NCBI GenBank assembly: GCA_964016885.1
Contig: OZ024743.1
Span: 162,874,001-162,938,000, forward strand
Direction: 5' to 3'
Length of the DNA stretch: 64,000 nt
DNA from: Eledone cirrhosa
Taxonomy: Eukaryota
This document shows, in pieces, positions 1 to 13,985 of the stretch. The notes beneath the pieces are model-generated. The model was not told where the DNA came from. It did no database searches and saw only the letters and a program-made list of their open reading frames with translations. Numbering within the stretch: the first letter of the stretch is position 1; each line of letters starts with the position of its first letter. Both the position numbers and the translations under genes were made by a program.

Positions 1-2110
1 AGCAGTTTGAAAAGCCCCAGTATTTGTTTATCTTCATCTCCCCTGCAATGTGGGTGGTGGTGCCCAGGTTTGCAGCCAAAGCAACAAGGTTGGGTCACAA
101 CACATTGAATCCCAGATTAGAGATTTAACACTCTCGAATGAGAAGAAGGTTATTCCATTGGAGTGCTTATTGCCACGGTCGAGATCAGCTGGCTCCAGTT
201 GTGACGGCAAGCTGGTTGCATCAAGGCTCCTCTTGATGTTGTCATTCAGTGTGGTGTGTCAGGAGAATTAGCTTGCACTAAATTAGCGTAATAGCATGTG
301 CAAGCCAAACTTGTCAACAATAGCCTCAGCCTCTGTGTGTGCAAGCCACACAAATGCCACTGAGGCACTGGGCTACTCCAATGTAAGAGCACTCATCATC
401 AAAAAGTGTACCGGTTGATGAGGAGGGAACTGAATTGAGCTGCATGTCACTGTTTGGTTGTGAAGCAGAGCAGAGTCGGGCAAGACAGTGTTGATCCTAA
501 GAAGACTCAATCCACCTGAAGGAAGACCTGCGTATGATGTCGTCCCAGTTATGTTGGACATGTGTATACTAAGGTACAGCAAGGCCTTCGTTGCTCCAAT
601 CAGCCAGAGCTGACTCTAGTTCCCAGGTCACGTCACATTCTGCTGTCTTGCGGTAGACCTCATTGATGAGGGTCTGGCTGGAGAAAATTGAGGAGAGCTA
701 GGCTAGGCTACCGGTGTCAGGTCTGAAGTAGCTCAGAGGCCAAAGCCACCATATTTCCCAGGCAGTTTTGCCTGTTACCATTTGGCACTGTCAAAGCTAA
801 CATTGCTTATGAGTTCAGCACAGTGTTGGATGGTGGCATCGATTTCAGTGAGGTGATCTGTGGAAGAGTGACAAGGCACACCATGCAGCATGAAGAGGAG
901 TTTAAGGAGGGTGAAGCAGTTGCTCATGAGGAAGAATGCCAAGTGTGCGTCAGTATGCCACAGTCTATCTTTCATCCTCGTCAGGTTTGCATGTTTTGTC
1001 TCCAGGCACTCTCATATGGCTTCCAGAAGGATTGGAGAGCCGAGCTCCAGTCAGGACAGGCTAGATGCTGAGTACATCATCTTGGAATTCAGCTACGTTG
1101 TAGCTCACATTTTCTACCTCAGGCAGGGTTGATCTCAAGTCCTAAGAGCTTTAGAGCTGGGATGATGTGCTGAAGGTCCTCAACTAAGCCACTCAGTGTC
1201 GTGTCATCCAGGTACCAGAATTGAAGGATGAGCGGACTGAATGGGCAATGTCATTGACTACCAGAGGAAAGAGGAGCAGGCCATCCTGCTGGACACCTGT
1301 GGCTGAAGTGACTTTGTTGTTAGCAGCCATGAGTGTCCCATAGGAGAGGTGTGCAGGGGGAAGTAGTGAGGGAGAAAGTCTAGTGCTGTTGAAGGTGTTT
1401 ACCATGTCCAACTTAATTAGGAGGCAGGGTGACAAAGGAAGCTTGTACTGTATGTAGTGACTAGCAACTGCCTTACATCCACCCTTAACTCCCACTCTGA
1501 GCTGGACAGGGCTTAGTACCTTCCTCAGGTCATCCCTGACTGATCTGCAGGTTATTGACCATAACTCGCTGAAAGACATTGCCCACAGCAAGTGGACAGA
1601 TGCTTCTGTCATTCTTCTTCAATGCAGTCTGATTGGCTGAGAAGGGGAGATCTCAGGCATGGCAGGAAAGGTTGGCACGGAGAAGACTGTTTCTCAGAGC
1701 ACTAATAGAGCAGAGCAGATGCGCTCCTGCCTCAGGGGAGTGTGGCGAGATTATATCTCTAAGGTGGCCGAGTTGCAGGCCATCTACTTTGCCATTACAG
1801 CTCCCTTGGAAGGATCTCAGGGCAGCTACCATGTTTTCACTGGATGCAGTCAAAGCCATGCCATTGTCCGAGATTTGGAAATCCCTGATATGAGCTGAGG
1901 AGGTCCAGATGTTTGAAATGGGGAGCGGCTAGGGCATCTGGTGAGGGCCAAAAAACAATGTCACTTGAGGCCAGCATGCGTACTGCAGTAGAAATATCAC
2001 CCTCAATTAGCTTGTGATTGACTTGGTCACGGAGCTGTTTTGCACAACAGAGGACTGCATGTGTGGTATCAGTGCAGCATGAGAGAAGCAGGAGGCTAGT
2101 TGGTGAGGGG
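1..2110 (-). mobile_element. Degraded CRE-clade-like (RLE-type) non-LTR retrotransposon
   Basis: Minus-strand ORF fragments with RT motifs (QLRVGVKGGC, LDMVNTFNS, TGVQQD) colinear with the better-preserved copy at 37.5-40.3 kb; many stops and frameshifts. Confidence 0.75.
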
Positions 2111-2739
2111 TTTCAGAAAGAAGTGATGTTGCCTCTAAGCCTCGAAGTCAAAGCAGAGACTGAACACTCCACTGCTATCAGGATTCAAACAAGGAACCTT
2201 TATTTCTAATTTCATCATCATCGTCATTTAACATTAGTTTTCTCTGCAAGGGTTGGACAGGTTGCCACAGACCAAATCAGTACTTAATCATAGCCCCTGA
2301 TCTTTAAGACTGGCCAAGGGCTGTATCTTGCTCACACATGCTTCCATACTCTACAGAGTGCATTTATCTTGACACCAGCACTAAGTGGGAGGTGTAATGT
2401 CTTTGACACGAGAGACGAGCCCTCTCAGCTCTTCATTTGGAAAGTTTTCTATGGGTGAATGCTCTTCTTATCACCAACCACTTTACAGTATGTGCTGGGA
2501 GTATTTTATCATGTCAGTTACACTTGAAGGTTCTTTGCACCCTTGATACACCTGAAGAGTCCTCTCAACCCTTTTTTGGCAACTGAATATCCTTCCTGTC
2601 ACCAACCACCTTATAGGTGTACCTAATGTGTTTTTTTTATATCAACAATACTAAATAATGTCTATGAGAGATAAACTGCTTGAAACTTGAAGATAGGAGT
2701 TGTAAACATAGTGGAAATGTGAAAATATGAGTATTGTAA

Positions 2740-3915
2740 ATCATCATCATTTAATGTCCATTTTCCATGCTTGCATGGGTTAAATGGGTCGTCCACATCA
2801 TGAGACAAGTCTGGCCACTTGGCCGTGCCATACCTTGCTCAGACAGAACTGTAAATTTGGCTGGGATTTTTACAGCTGGATGCCCTTCCTACCACCCACC
2901 ACATTTACAGTGTGGTACTGGATAGCACCGTTATAGGGAAAGACAGGCCAGTTGGTTGCGCCACACCCTGCTTACAACGGAACCATAGTTTGGGAGCTAG
3001 GTGGTCCCACTATCGAGCAGCTTTGACCAGTTGGCCATGTCAAACCTTACACACAGTGGAACCGTGTTACTGTAAAGTCTGGCCAGATGGCCGCACTGTA
3101 CCTTGCACAATATCGAGACTGTTGCTGTTTTGGCATCTGGGTGGTCCCATTATGAGAGAGGTCTGGCCAGTTGGCTGCACCAAGCCTTACTCAGTAAGGG
3201 GTCATGTTACTGAGTTGTCCCGATATGAACCAAGTCTGGCCTGATGGGTGTGTCGTACCTTGCACATATCGGGACTGTTAATGTATTTTGGGAACTGGAT
3301 TGTCCCACTATGAGGGAGGTTGGGCTAGTTGGCTGTGCCAAGCCTTACTCATAAGGGAGCCATGTTACTGGGTAGTCTACCATCAACCACGTTTACTGTG
3401 TGGAGCTGGGTGGCACTGTTATGCACAGGGTCCAGGTCTGAGTTGTCAACACAGGTCTTTTGTCATATGTTGTAGCACCAGAGGTCTGGGTCCTGTGTCA
3501 TCTCCGTTGGGAAGTTCAGCTGAGCCAGGTCAGCCTTTATCGTTTCATCCCATGTCTTCCTCTTTTGAGGCATCTTACAACCTCTAGTGCCCTGCACCTT
3601 TTTATACAGCTGTCATCATTCATGCACATCATATGACCACACCACCACAGTCATCTCTCCTGCACACAGCATTTGATCTCTCATATGCCCAGTTTCGCTC
3701 AATTCATTTACACTTTGCTGTACACGCATACAACTATGACACATCTATCTAATCATGCAGGCTTCATTTCTTTCCAATCACCATTGATCCTTGGCATGCA
3801 GTGCCCATGTTTAGCTTCCATGTAGCATTGATGTACTCATACAGCTTGCCTTTTATCTCAAGTGAGAGACCTTTTGTAGCTAGCAACACCAGTACTTACT
3901 TCCCTGAACTTTTAT
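2740..3915 (-). mobile_element. RTE-clade LINE 3' remnant with degenerate internal repeats
   Basis: (CAT)n tail and 3' motif 'ttttccatgcttgcatggg' shared with other RTE copies; 3500-3915 resembles the RTE ORF C-terminus. Confidence 0.65.
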
Positions 3916-3919
3916 CAGG

Positions 3920-5310
3920 TCCAGCAGCTGAGTTTGCTCTCATTTCTTCTTAGGCTGATATTACATCTTCCTCCATTATATCTATGTGGTTGATGGTCGC
4001 CATTTCTCCATATAGTGCTGTGACATCAAAGAATTCCCCTGGCTTTTTTATTTGTGTGTGCCTCATTGGGGTGTGAAAACACTTTTGTGCTGTTCATTCA
4101 GTAGCTCACTTATCCCTTTAGGATCCTCAGTCAATGAGCCATTTTTATGGAAAAGTGGGCCAGTCTTGCAGTGTACTGAGGCAGCCTTTTTTGCAAATTT
4201 AAAGACGACCTTAGGGTTTGTTTTAATATTTTCTATGGCCTTGGCTTCTCTCTCTACCCTCTTCTTCTCATGGGAAAGTTTGAGTACAGTTTCAATTTCA
4301 AGCAAACCTGTTTCAGATAGGGTTCTTTCTTGTTCTTCTGTTGTGCATTTAACAGATTTGAGATCTTTGTTCTTCGTCTCATAAGGATTTTCCTGTCTCT
4401 GGGAATAACATTTTTGTGTCTGTTGGCCTTTTTTTCTGAGACAAATTTATGGCATATGGTTTGTATTGTTGTCATGTGTTGTATTGTGGAGATGTTGTTG
4501 CTCCAGTTTTTCTTCAGGATCTCTTCCTGGATCCTTTTCCAGTTAGCCTTGTAAAAGTTTAGGCTGGATAGATTCGCAGTTCTTCCTATTGGTTGTGTCT
4601 ATACTGACTCCCTTGGACCATATATCATTAGTTCTACTATGTTATGATCCAAGAAATTCGTTAGTGTCACCTTTACATTGTGGATGAGCACTGCGTTATT
4701 TGTAAAGCAGAGATCCAGGACATTCTCACCTCTTGTTGGGAGGAGTACTAATTGTTCCATGAACAGCCTGTTTGTGAGGTCCAGCAGGGACTCCATCTGT
4801 CTCTGTTCATGTGTTGTCATTCCTGAGAGGAGGTGGCCCTCGGGCCATTTGACCTTGGGTAGGTTAGTATCCCAGCAGCAGTACATTGAGACTCTGATCC
4901 AGTTCGCCAAGGACTTCTTCCATCTTTCTGAGGCTATCTTCAAACTTACCTGCATGACTAGGGGTGTCTGGTGGCCGATATGTGACACATATTACCATTT
5001 TAAGTTGCTTTACATGTACTATCAGTATGTCACAGACTGAGTTGGAATGTGTCAACAGTACAATAGGTATGACATCTTCACAGAGGTGCAAAGCAACTCC
5101 ACCATGAGTTCTGTCCCTCCTGTCAGTACGAAATACAGCATACTTTGGTATGTTTATTTTCGCATCTGCTATCCTAGTTGTCAGGTGTATTTCAGTTAAT
5201 GCCATGCATATTGCTTGATTGCTTATGGCTAAGTCTTTCAGGTAGGGAATTTTACTCATGTTAGTGAATGTCACCAGGCCTCTGACATTCAACAGCAGCA
5301 CTAGTTGACA
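3920..5310 (-). mobile_element. CR1/Jockey-type LINE ORF2 fragment (APE endonuclease)
   Basis: APE motifs LLNVRGL, ALTEIHL, RTDRRDRTHGGVAL, YRPP, PTRGENVLDLCFTN and DHN across frameshifted ORFs. Confidence 0.8.
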
Positions 5311-5368
5311 TTTGAGGTGTCAGCAGCGGCCACCCTGGGTTCCTTGACTGTGGTAGTCTTGAATGTTG

Positions 5369-5401
<33 letters not shown>

Positions 5402-5441
5402 CATGTGTTGTGTGTGTGTGTGTACTCTATATATAATATAT

Positions 5442-6803
5442 CATCATCATCATCATCATCGTTTTACATCAATTTTTCCACGTTAGCATGAGTTAGATGG
5501 GTTGTTCTGTTGTGAGCAATGCTAGGTCAGGACACCATGGCTTGCACATACAGAACTGATTTTGTTTTGGTTTCTACAGCTGGATGCCCTTCCTAACACC
5601 AACCTCATTTACAGTGAGTACTGGGTGCGTTTTATCGTGTCACCAGCATGATCACTTTACTGTGTGGACTGGGTGCTTTTACTGTGTCACCAACGCGACC
5701 ACTTTACAGTATGAGCAGGGTGCTTTTTGTCGTGTCACCAGCACGATCACTTTACAGTGTGGGGTGGGTGCTTTTTGCCGTGTCACCATTATGACCACTT
5801 TACAATGTGGGCTGGGGTCTTCACTAGATGCATACTTTGTACTGCCCTCGTGGGAGATGTATGGGAGGGTGGGGTGGAGCATACTGTATGTATGCTTCAG
5901 CTTCAGCCTATGCTTGTGGGGAGTCGGGTCTTCTGTTTCACTGCATAGCGCCAGAGATCTCGGTCCTGTGTCATCACCCTTGAGAGATGCAATTGAGCAA
6001 GGTCAGCTTTTATCACCTCTTCCCAAGTCTTCCTGGGAAGGCTCCCATCAACTTTGAGCGCTCTGCACCTTTTTATGCAGCTGTCATCCTTCATATGCAT
6101 CACATGTCCATAGCAACACAACCTCCTTTCCGACACACAGCATTTGATTCCTCTTATGCCTAGTTTCTCTCTCAGTTTGTTTATGCTTCTCCGTTCTCGT
6201 ATATTACTATTACACATCCATTGGAGCATGCAAGCTTCATTTCTTTCCAATCTATGCAAGTTTTCTGCACACAACGGCCATATCTAACTACCATGCGGCT
6301 TTGCTGTTCGTATGCATGCATCATACAGTCCACCTTTCATTTTGAGGGAAAAGCCTCTTGCAGCTAGTAGTGTTAGTAGCTCCCTGAACTTCTTCCATCC
6401 CATTCTTACACTAGCTACTGTATTTTCAGAATACCCACCTCCGCTGCTAATTTGGTCTCCTATGTAGCAGAAGCTGTCTACTGTTTCTACCGAGCCATCC
6501 CAGAGTTTGGTAGCACTTGTTTCCTGTGGTTATTTGCTGCTTACTGTTTTGGTGCAGCTGCTACATGTAAAGCCTACATTCTTAACTAAGCTTCCTGAGA
6601 TCCCACTGCATCTCTTGTGTACCCATAATTTGCATTTGGGACAGAGGGTGGAATTTCCACCTGCACCTTTCCTACATACTAAGCAAAGCCATTTCCCTGA
6701 GGGGATCAGGGTTCTGTTTTCTCTTCTACTTGCTTGGACCTTAGTCTTTGTCAGGTTGACTTTAAGACCCTTTCTTTCTAGACCCTGTTTCCATGTTTGG
6801 AAT
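5442..6803 (-). mobile_element. RTE-clade LINE, 5'-truncated
   Basis: ORF 5903-6274 (RRLCCYGHVMHM...PRKTW), cysteine-rich insert, 3' repeat region and (CAT)n tail. Confidence 0.85.
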
Positions 6804-6832
6804 TTATATATATATAGTAAATATATTTATAA

Positions 6833-9152
6833 CTAGCAGAGGCACCTGGTGTTGCCCGGGAATGAAATTGTTCCTTATATATTAGAAGAAAAAAAACAAA
6901 ATATGTTGTATAGAAATTTGTTAATCTAAATTCAATTTATTCTTTAATTGGTATACATGATGAAATCAATTCTGAATTCATAATACAAAAAAAAATTAAA
7001 ATAAAAAAACGAAAATACAAAATTTACCACTTTCATGAAGGGAGATAACTTCTATCACATATGTTGGAGGAAATTACATAAAAGTTTCTGGGTAAACAAA
7101 ATTCTTTGTTTTTTGGTTTGGAGCATAGACAAATAAGTCTTGGAGCAACCAACATAAAGTTGACCATGAGAAAAGCAAGGTTTAATTAAGTGCAAGCCAG
7201 TAGATTTCAAAGTCTAACCTTGAGCTTTATTAATAGACATTGCGAAGCAAAGTCACACTGGGAATTGTGTTCGGTTGAACTCAAATGGCATGTCTGTTGG
7301 TTTGATTGGAATTCTTGGAATGAAAATATCTTCCCCAGAGGCACATCCAGTGATGGTGGTAGCTTCTATCACATTAGGTGATGATGTCTTCACAATCAAC
7401 CTTGTTCCATTGTATAATTTAGGAGGATATAAATTTCTTAGAAGCATTATTGGGACTCCTACTTTCAGAAAATGTTTATGTGGAGGGGTTCCAGGTGGCT
7501 CAAGAGAATTAAGGTACTCTGTTGGCTAGTGGACAGCTTGATTTTAATCAAGGATTGAATCAACTGATTTGTACTCCTTAATGACTGTTGGAATCTTATT
7601 CATTAATTCATGGTTAATTCTTGCTACTGTCTCATTTTTTGGAGCTAGAACACCCCTTTCACACAACCATTTATGTGAATTATAATTATTACTTAAGTCT
7701 GGAAATACCCTGTTCTTCAATTCAGCTGGGGAATCCACCATGATAGCAATATTAGCCAAATTGATATCACCATTCCCATTAATTGGTACTTTCCCATTTC
7801 CTAATTGGAGAAGCCGGGTTGAAAACTGTTCTGTACATTGGTCCCAGTGTAATAAAGCTTGCATGTTGAAGGAGAATTTCTGTACTTTATTCCATAGATG
7901 TGAAGACTTAGTGCATGCTTTTATTTCATCAGCTCTTGTTCCTCTCAGAATGACTGGTAATGTCTGTCTGAAATCTCCTGATAAAACTAATGTAACTCCT
8001 CCCATAGATTTATTGTTGCTTCTTATGTCCTGTAAGGTCTTATCAAGAGCTTCCATTGCGCCTCTATGTGACATGTGGCATTGGTGTAACACTTCTGCTG
8101 AACCTGAACCTTTGCTTATGTTACAAATTGGACTGTCATTTGTGATCAGGTTTAGTGGTAATTTAAAAGCAGAATGAGCTGTTTGTTCTCCTGGATGGTA
8201 GCAATGCTAGACGATGCTACACCAACTGCACTTCTTTTTTGCTGCCTTACCTTGGATAGAAGCAATGTTGTTACAAATGTGTTACCTGTGCCACTAGGAG
8301 CATCAAGAAAGAAAATTCCTCTGCTTTTTTCTCTGACTGATGAAATAATTTTATCATAAGCACAGCGTTGTTCTGGAAGAAGTTTAGGTTCATGTTCATT
8401 CACAAATGTAGCCAACTCAGTGATGTCATAATTTGCCTCACTTTCTATGTCTCTTGAAGTTAACACACTAACTTAACGGTATGTTTTTGACAGTCCAGAA
8501 CCAGGCTTTTGCAAATTTTTGCCTCCCATGGTGAAAACTTGATCATCAATTTCAATTGGTGCTTGGTTAAAAAATTTTTCAGAGAACTGAATATTGATAT
8601 CTGGATTTGCCTGTTGAACTGCATACTTTAAGTCCTCAGCCATGTCCTATCGATGTTTCATCCAAAGCTGTAGGGGACTGCCAAGTTGACACATGTTCAG
8701 CATAATTGCAAAAAGGTTACAGAGTTTCTTTGGAGAATCTGACACTGATGCTTCAGTCAATGCAAGGTCCCAATGCTCATCATTTTCTAAAAAAAAACTT
8801 GTTGATAGCATGTTTCCCTATAAGTTTCACACACATGACCTTACCCTCCTCAAATCTTGGAATGATTTGGGACCACATACTTCATGTAAAAGGAGCCATA
8901 AATAGAAGCATTCTGCTTGGCTTAGGTGGACATTGTAAACTCTTGCAAGAGCGTCAGTCCCACGTTTCCTCATGTGCCAATTATTGTTTCTCCAGGTGTA
9001 ATACTTGGGTAATTCTAGGTATAGGAGTTTTCTTGCATCTTTATCTTCTTGACACAACTTAAAAAAGGCAGTTAGAGTAGTTTCTTTTGGAGAAAGTGCT
9101 TGTTGCAAGGCTGTTTGTTTTGTAAAGATAACCCTTTGGCCATTCTTTAGAT
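6833..9152 (-). mobile_element. Helitron, 3' part (PIF1-like helicase, degraded)
   Basis: Helicase motifs [45 protein letters not shown]; 3' terminus on minus strand is a GC hairpin (cccgggcaacaccagg) followed by CTAG at 6833-6836. Confidence 0.9.
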
Positions 9153-9250
9153 CAAAGGTTCTCAACGGGGGGGCATTTCGGAGCTTCAGGAGGGGCGTTT
9201 GAAGTTTTGGAGGGCGCTAGGGGGGCACTGGAAGGCTATTTACGTAGGTA
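9153..9250. mobile_element. hAT/Charlie-like terminal fragment
   Basis: 'caaaggttctcaacggggggg' resembles a Charlie-type TIR and is preceded by ctttagat (NTCTAGAN-like target); partner end not found. Confidence 0.35.
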
Positions 9251-9725
9251 AGTTTTATAAGCCATATTTGTAGTCTCTGAGACAGCCAGTGTGAATGCAT
9301 TTGAATGAAGAAAACGAAGAAAATAAATAGAAGCTTGTCAACGAATTCCCTAGGGAGATAAAAGAAAAACGAAAGAAATCGAAGAAAATGAAAATAAGGA
9401 CAACTTCAACTTTGACAACAGTTACAAGAACAAAAGAAACGACAAGAAAAAGAAGCAATGGTGATGAGTTCTTTCATCACCATTGCTTCTTTTTCTTGTG
9501 GGTGTATACATATACATACATACAATCATACACACATGCATACGGACATACATACATATACATATTTTGGTGTGGTAGACTATTCATTAAATTTAAGATG
9601 AATACTATCTCCGACAGTAATGCCACAACTACCAGTCATGTTGAATAACTGGATATTCTTCTAACTATATCCACGGAAGACACCTTTTATTCGAATTTGA
9701 CATCACATCTACTACCTCGACTATT

Positions 9726-10046
9726 GTGGAAAATACTATCGATAATGATAATAATCAAAAGTATAAACAATTGAAAATTTCCCTCAAGGAAATCTTCCAG
9801 AGAAAAATTAATTCATGTATAAATATCTCACTTGCTGAACGTATTAAAACGACAATGTTTAATAAAAGACCAAATAATGAAATATTACGTGTTATTGACA
9901 AAATAGGGGATGAATATTTACAGCAGATAAAAACCCAAACATTTTGGCAAATCAACGCCTGTTTATATGCCTTAGCTACGACAGTGACACATTATCTTAG
10001 TGAAAGCAGAGATATTAACAAGAACAAACCACCACCAAAAATACCA
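9726..10046 (+). mobile_element. Possible N-terminal remnant of an R4/Dong-like non-LTR ORF
   Basis: Peptide WQINACLYALATTV...KPPPKIP resembles the pre-RT region of R4-like elements; cut off by the RTE tail at 10047. Confidence 0.35.
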
Positions 10047-11790
10047 TCATCATCATTTTACGTCCACTTTTCCCTGCTTGCAAGGGTGGGACGGGTCTTA
10101 TTCAGCACAGCATCTCTCCACTTGTCACTGTCCTTCGCCATCTCCAACGTGAGCTTCAGCGATCTGAGATCTGTTCTCACCACCTCCACCCATGTGTTTC
10201 GTGGTCTACCTCTACCACGTCTTCCTTCAACTGGCATTTCCTGGCACTTCTTCACCCATTGGTCATCCTCCATGCGCATCACATGTCCATACCACCGTAG
10301 GCTCCTCTCTCTCACACTACATTCTATCCCTCTCAGACACAGTTTCTCTCTCAACACATCCATGCTGGGTCGTTCACGCACATTGACATTGCACATCCAA
10401 TGGAGCATGCTTGCCTCATTTCTCTCCAGCCATCGCATATCCTCTGCAGTTGCTGCCCATGTCTCACTACCATGCATCATCGCGCTCCTCACACAGGCAT
10501 CATATAACCGGCCTTTCGTACGCAGTGAGAAACCCTTCTTCGTCAGCAGAGGAAGCAGCTCCCTAAACTTCTTCCAACCCATCCTTATTCTAGATACTAT
10601 GGCCTTGGAAGCCCCCCCCCCTCCCATGCTAATCTGATCTCCTAGGTACCGGAAGCTATCCACCACTTCTATAGCACCCGTCTGCATTTGAAAAATGTGT
10701 CTATCAATGCGACTTCTACTGACTAATATCCCTGTACATCTACTGCATACGTATTTCTCCCTACCTGTTAGTTTGCCTACTATTCCACTACATCTCTTGT
10801 GTACCGAGGATCTGCATTGTGTGCATTTTATAGAATTTATGCCAGTTCCTTTTCTATATATCAAACATGGCCATTTCCCTGACGGAATCAGAGTTTTGTC
10901 CTCTTTTTTACTCATCAACACTTTTGTCTTAGCTAGGTTCACTCTCAGTCCTCTTGCTTCCAACTGCTGTTTCCATAGCCAGAATTTATTCTCTACCTCC
11001 TCTACTGATTCTGCTATAAGAACCAGATCGTCAGCATAGGTAAGTTCCCATGGACAGCCAGTCTTAAACACCTCTGTTATGGCTGAGGACCGAACCTTGA
11101 TGTACACCTACTTGTATCTGGAATTCTTCACTAAACTCCATTCCTACCCTGACTTTACTGACAGCACCTCTGTACAAAGTTTGCACTGTCCTCACAAGCC
11201 ATTCCTCAACACCTAGTTACCTTAGGGATCACCAGATGACAGATCGGAGTACTCTATCGAAGCCTTCTCTAGGTCAACAAAAGCTAAATATAGTGGCTTA
11301 TTCTTCTCGAAGAACCTCTCTTGTAATTGTCTCACTAAGAAGAGGACATCTGTTGTACTTTTCCCAGGCACAAAACCAAACTGCATCTCATCTAGTTTGA
11401 CCCTTTCTGTAATTAGTTGCGCTAATATTCTTTCTGCCACTTTCATAACCTGATCCATCAGTTTTATACCCCTATAATTGCTCCTCTCCAGAGCATCCCC
11501 TTTACCTTTGTAACAATTTATGAGAATACTGCTGCACCAGTCTTTGGGTATGACACCACCATATATAGCCTGATTGATGATGCGTGCAACCAGTTTAGTG
11601 CCTACTTCTCCTGATGCCTTCAGCATCTATCCCTGACGGTCCAGCAGCCTTACCATTTTTCATTTCTTTAATCGCATCTTGGACCCTATATTCGTCAATC
11701 TCAATAGCTGGTCCCTCTGTTGGGTCTACTGAGGGTAATTTCTCTCTCTCCCGTTCATTCTCCACATTCATCAGTCTCCTTTTTCTGATC
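10047..11790 (-). mobile_element. RTE-clade LINE (RT plus C-terminus, few disablements)
   Basis: ORFs with YKGKGDALERSNYRGIKL, QFGF, FVDLEKA, YADD, HGSETW, LRWYGHV; (GAT)n tail. Confidence 0.92.
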
Positions 11791-11827
11791 ATTCGTGACA
11801 CAAAGTACACCGGCATCATTCCAATAC

Positions 11828-12193
11828 GATGGTATACTTGACCATGAACTTTAATTGACTATATTCCCCTCACTTATAATATTGCTACCAAAGGAGGTCA
11901 TTTGGAAAGCAGAATTATATTTCCTAATGTTTTTCAAGAAGTGCATGCTCCTTGGTGTGTTTCCCAATAGCAATGCCTTCAAAGTATCTGGGGGTCTACC
12001 AAATGTCAGTAAAACAACCATTCCTCCACCACAACACATAGTGGTGGTTTCTCTTTCCTTTACAAAAACTGCACTCTTTTGACATTGCTCCAATATCAAT
12101 CAATTTCTCTGTACAATAATCATGTTTTGGATCATAGTTGAAAGCTGATCTTTTCCAAGTCCCCTTGAAAGGTGCAACTCTTTTGTCAAACAT
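11828..12193 (-). mobile_element. Helitron Rep N-terminal fragment
   Basis: AFNYDP...IGAMSKECSFC, CCGGG and FLKNIRKYNSAFQMTSFG, typical of the Helitron RepHel N-terminal zinc-finger region. Confidence 0.8.
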
Positions 12194-12194
12194 A

Positions 12195-13985
12195 AAGAGT
12201 TATAGCGCAACTAATCAGCGAGCGAATTGATCTAGATGAAATGCAGTTTGGGTTTGTGTCAGGTAAAAGTACCATAGACGCTCTTTTCCTTGTACGACAA
12301 CTACAGGGAAGTACCTAGCTAAAAGTAAACCCCTCTGCTTAGCTTTTGTTGACTTGGAGAAAGCCTTTGACAGAGTCCCCCCGCTCCATTATCTGGTGGG
12401 CGCTTAGAAAACTAGGTGTTGATGAATGGCTTGTGAGAGCTATACAAACCATGTATAAAGAAACAGTCAGTAAGGTTAGAATTAACAACGAATATAGTGA
12501 AGAATTTAGTGTAAAAGTTGGTGTTCATCAAGGCTCTGTCCTTAGCCCCCTCCTATTTATTATTGCCCTTCAGACAATAAGAGAGGAGTTCAAGACCATG
12601 GGAACTCCTATACGCAGATGATCTAACTCTCATAGCTGAATTAGAGATGATCTAACTCTCATAGCTGAACTAGAGAAGAAATTCCAAACATGGAAGCATG
12701 GCTCAAAAGGCCTTAAAGTTAACTTGTCTAAGACTAAAGTTCTAGTATGTAGAAAGGAAAATAGGGCACAGGTGCCCTCAGGGGAATGGCCATGCTCAGT
12801 GTGTAGGAAAAGAGTAGGCAGAAATTCCATTTTATGTCCCAAATGCAAAGTATGGGTACATAAAAGATGTAGTGAGATCACAGGTAAACTATCTAAGAAC
12901 GTAGACTTTATATGTGGCCAATGCTCAGGTGCAGTAAGTAGCAAGTGTCCACAGGATACTAGCTCCTTCTATTGCCCAGATGGTTTTATAGAAATAGTGG
13001 ACACTTTCTGTTACCTGGGTGACAAAATCAGCAGTGGTGGAGGGTGTTCTGAAAGTACAGTAGCCAGAGTCAGAACGGGATGGAAAAAGTTCAGAGAGCT
13101 TATACCGCTGTTGGCCACAAAGGGTTTCTCTCTAAAAATGAAAGGCAGATTGTATGATGCCTGTATACGAACAGCAATGCTACATGGCAGTGAGACATGG
13201 GCATTACGTGCAGAGGACCTGCGCAGACTGGAAAGGAACGAAGCATGCATGCTCCGTTGGATGGGTAATAGTAATATACGTGAATGGCAAAGCATAAATG
13301 AACTAAGTGAGAAATTAGGAATAAGAGAGATCAGATGCTGTTTACTTGAGAGAAGACTACGTTGATATGGTCATGTGATGTGCATGAAAGACGACAGTTG
13401 TATAAAAGAGTGCAGGGCAATCAAAATTGATGGTAGTTACGGAGTAGGTAGACCCAGAAAAACCTGGGACGATCTGATAAATTCCGACCTTACACACTGG
13501 CACCTCTCTAAGACAATGTCACTGGACCAAGATCTTTGGCGCTACACAGTAATACTGAAGATCCGCCTTGCTAGTACAAAGCGAAACCTAGAGTCAGTAG
13601 GCACCTCTTAACCAAATATACACCCAAATCCACTACCCCTACCCTATCCTCCCACTATCACCAACACCACCCTCTCTCTGTAAAGTTGGTACCACAACAT
13701 TCAGTCCAAATAAATGAGATAATGAGATTGAGATCGTGTAGGTGTCACAACAAAAACACACAGTCCACGCTGTAAGGTGGCCATGTAGGTAACACGGTCA
13801 AAAGTTCCCAGTTCCACACTGTAAATGTGGTTGGTGTTAGGAAGGGCATCCAGCCATAGAAAACCTGCCAGATAGTCCTATATGAGCGAGACACGGTCAC
13901 CCGACCAACCTTGCCTCAAGTGGGACAACTCCTGTCTAACCCATGCTAGCATGGAAGATGGACGTTAAATGAAGATGATGATGAT
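12195..13985 (+). mobile_element. RTE-clade LINE, 5'-truncated
   Basis: QFGF, FVDLEKAFD, GVHQGSVLSPLLF, YADD, HGSETW, GRPRKTW; 3' UTR and (GAT)n tail. Confidence 0.92.

Noticed and set aside
9726-10637. 303-aa ORF as a host gene
   Set aside because: Chimera of a retroelement remnant and the antisense strand of an RTE copy
10047-13985. Twin-priming inversion of one RTE element
   Set aside because: The two opposed copies overlap in element coordinates, are clearly different subfamilies and are separated by Helitron sequence
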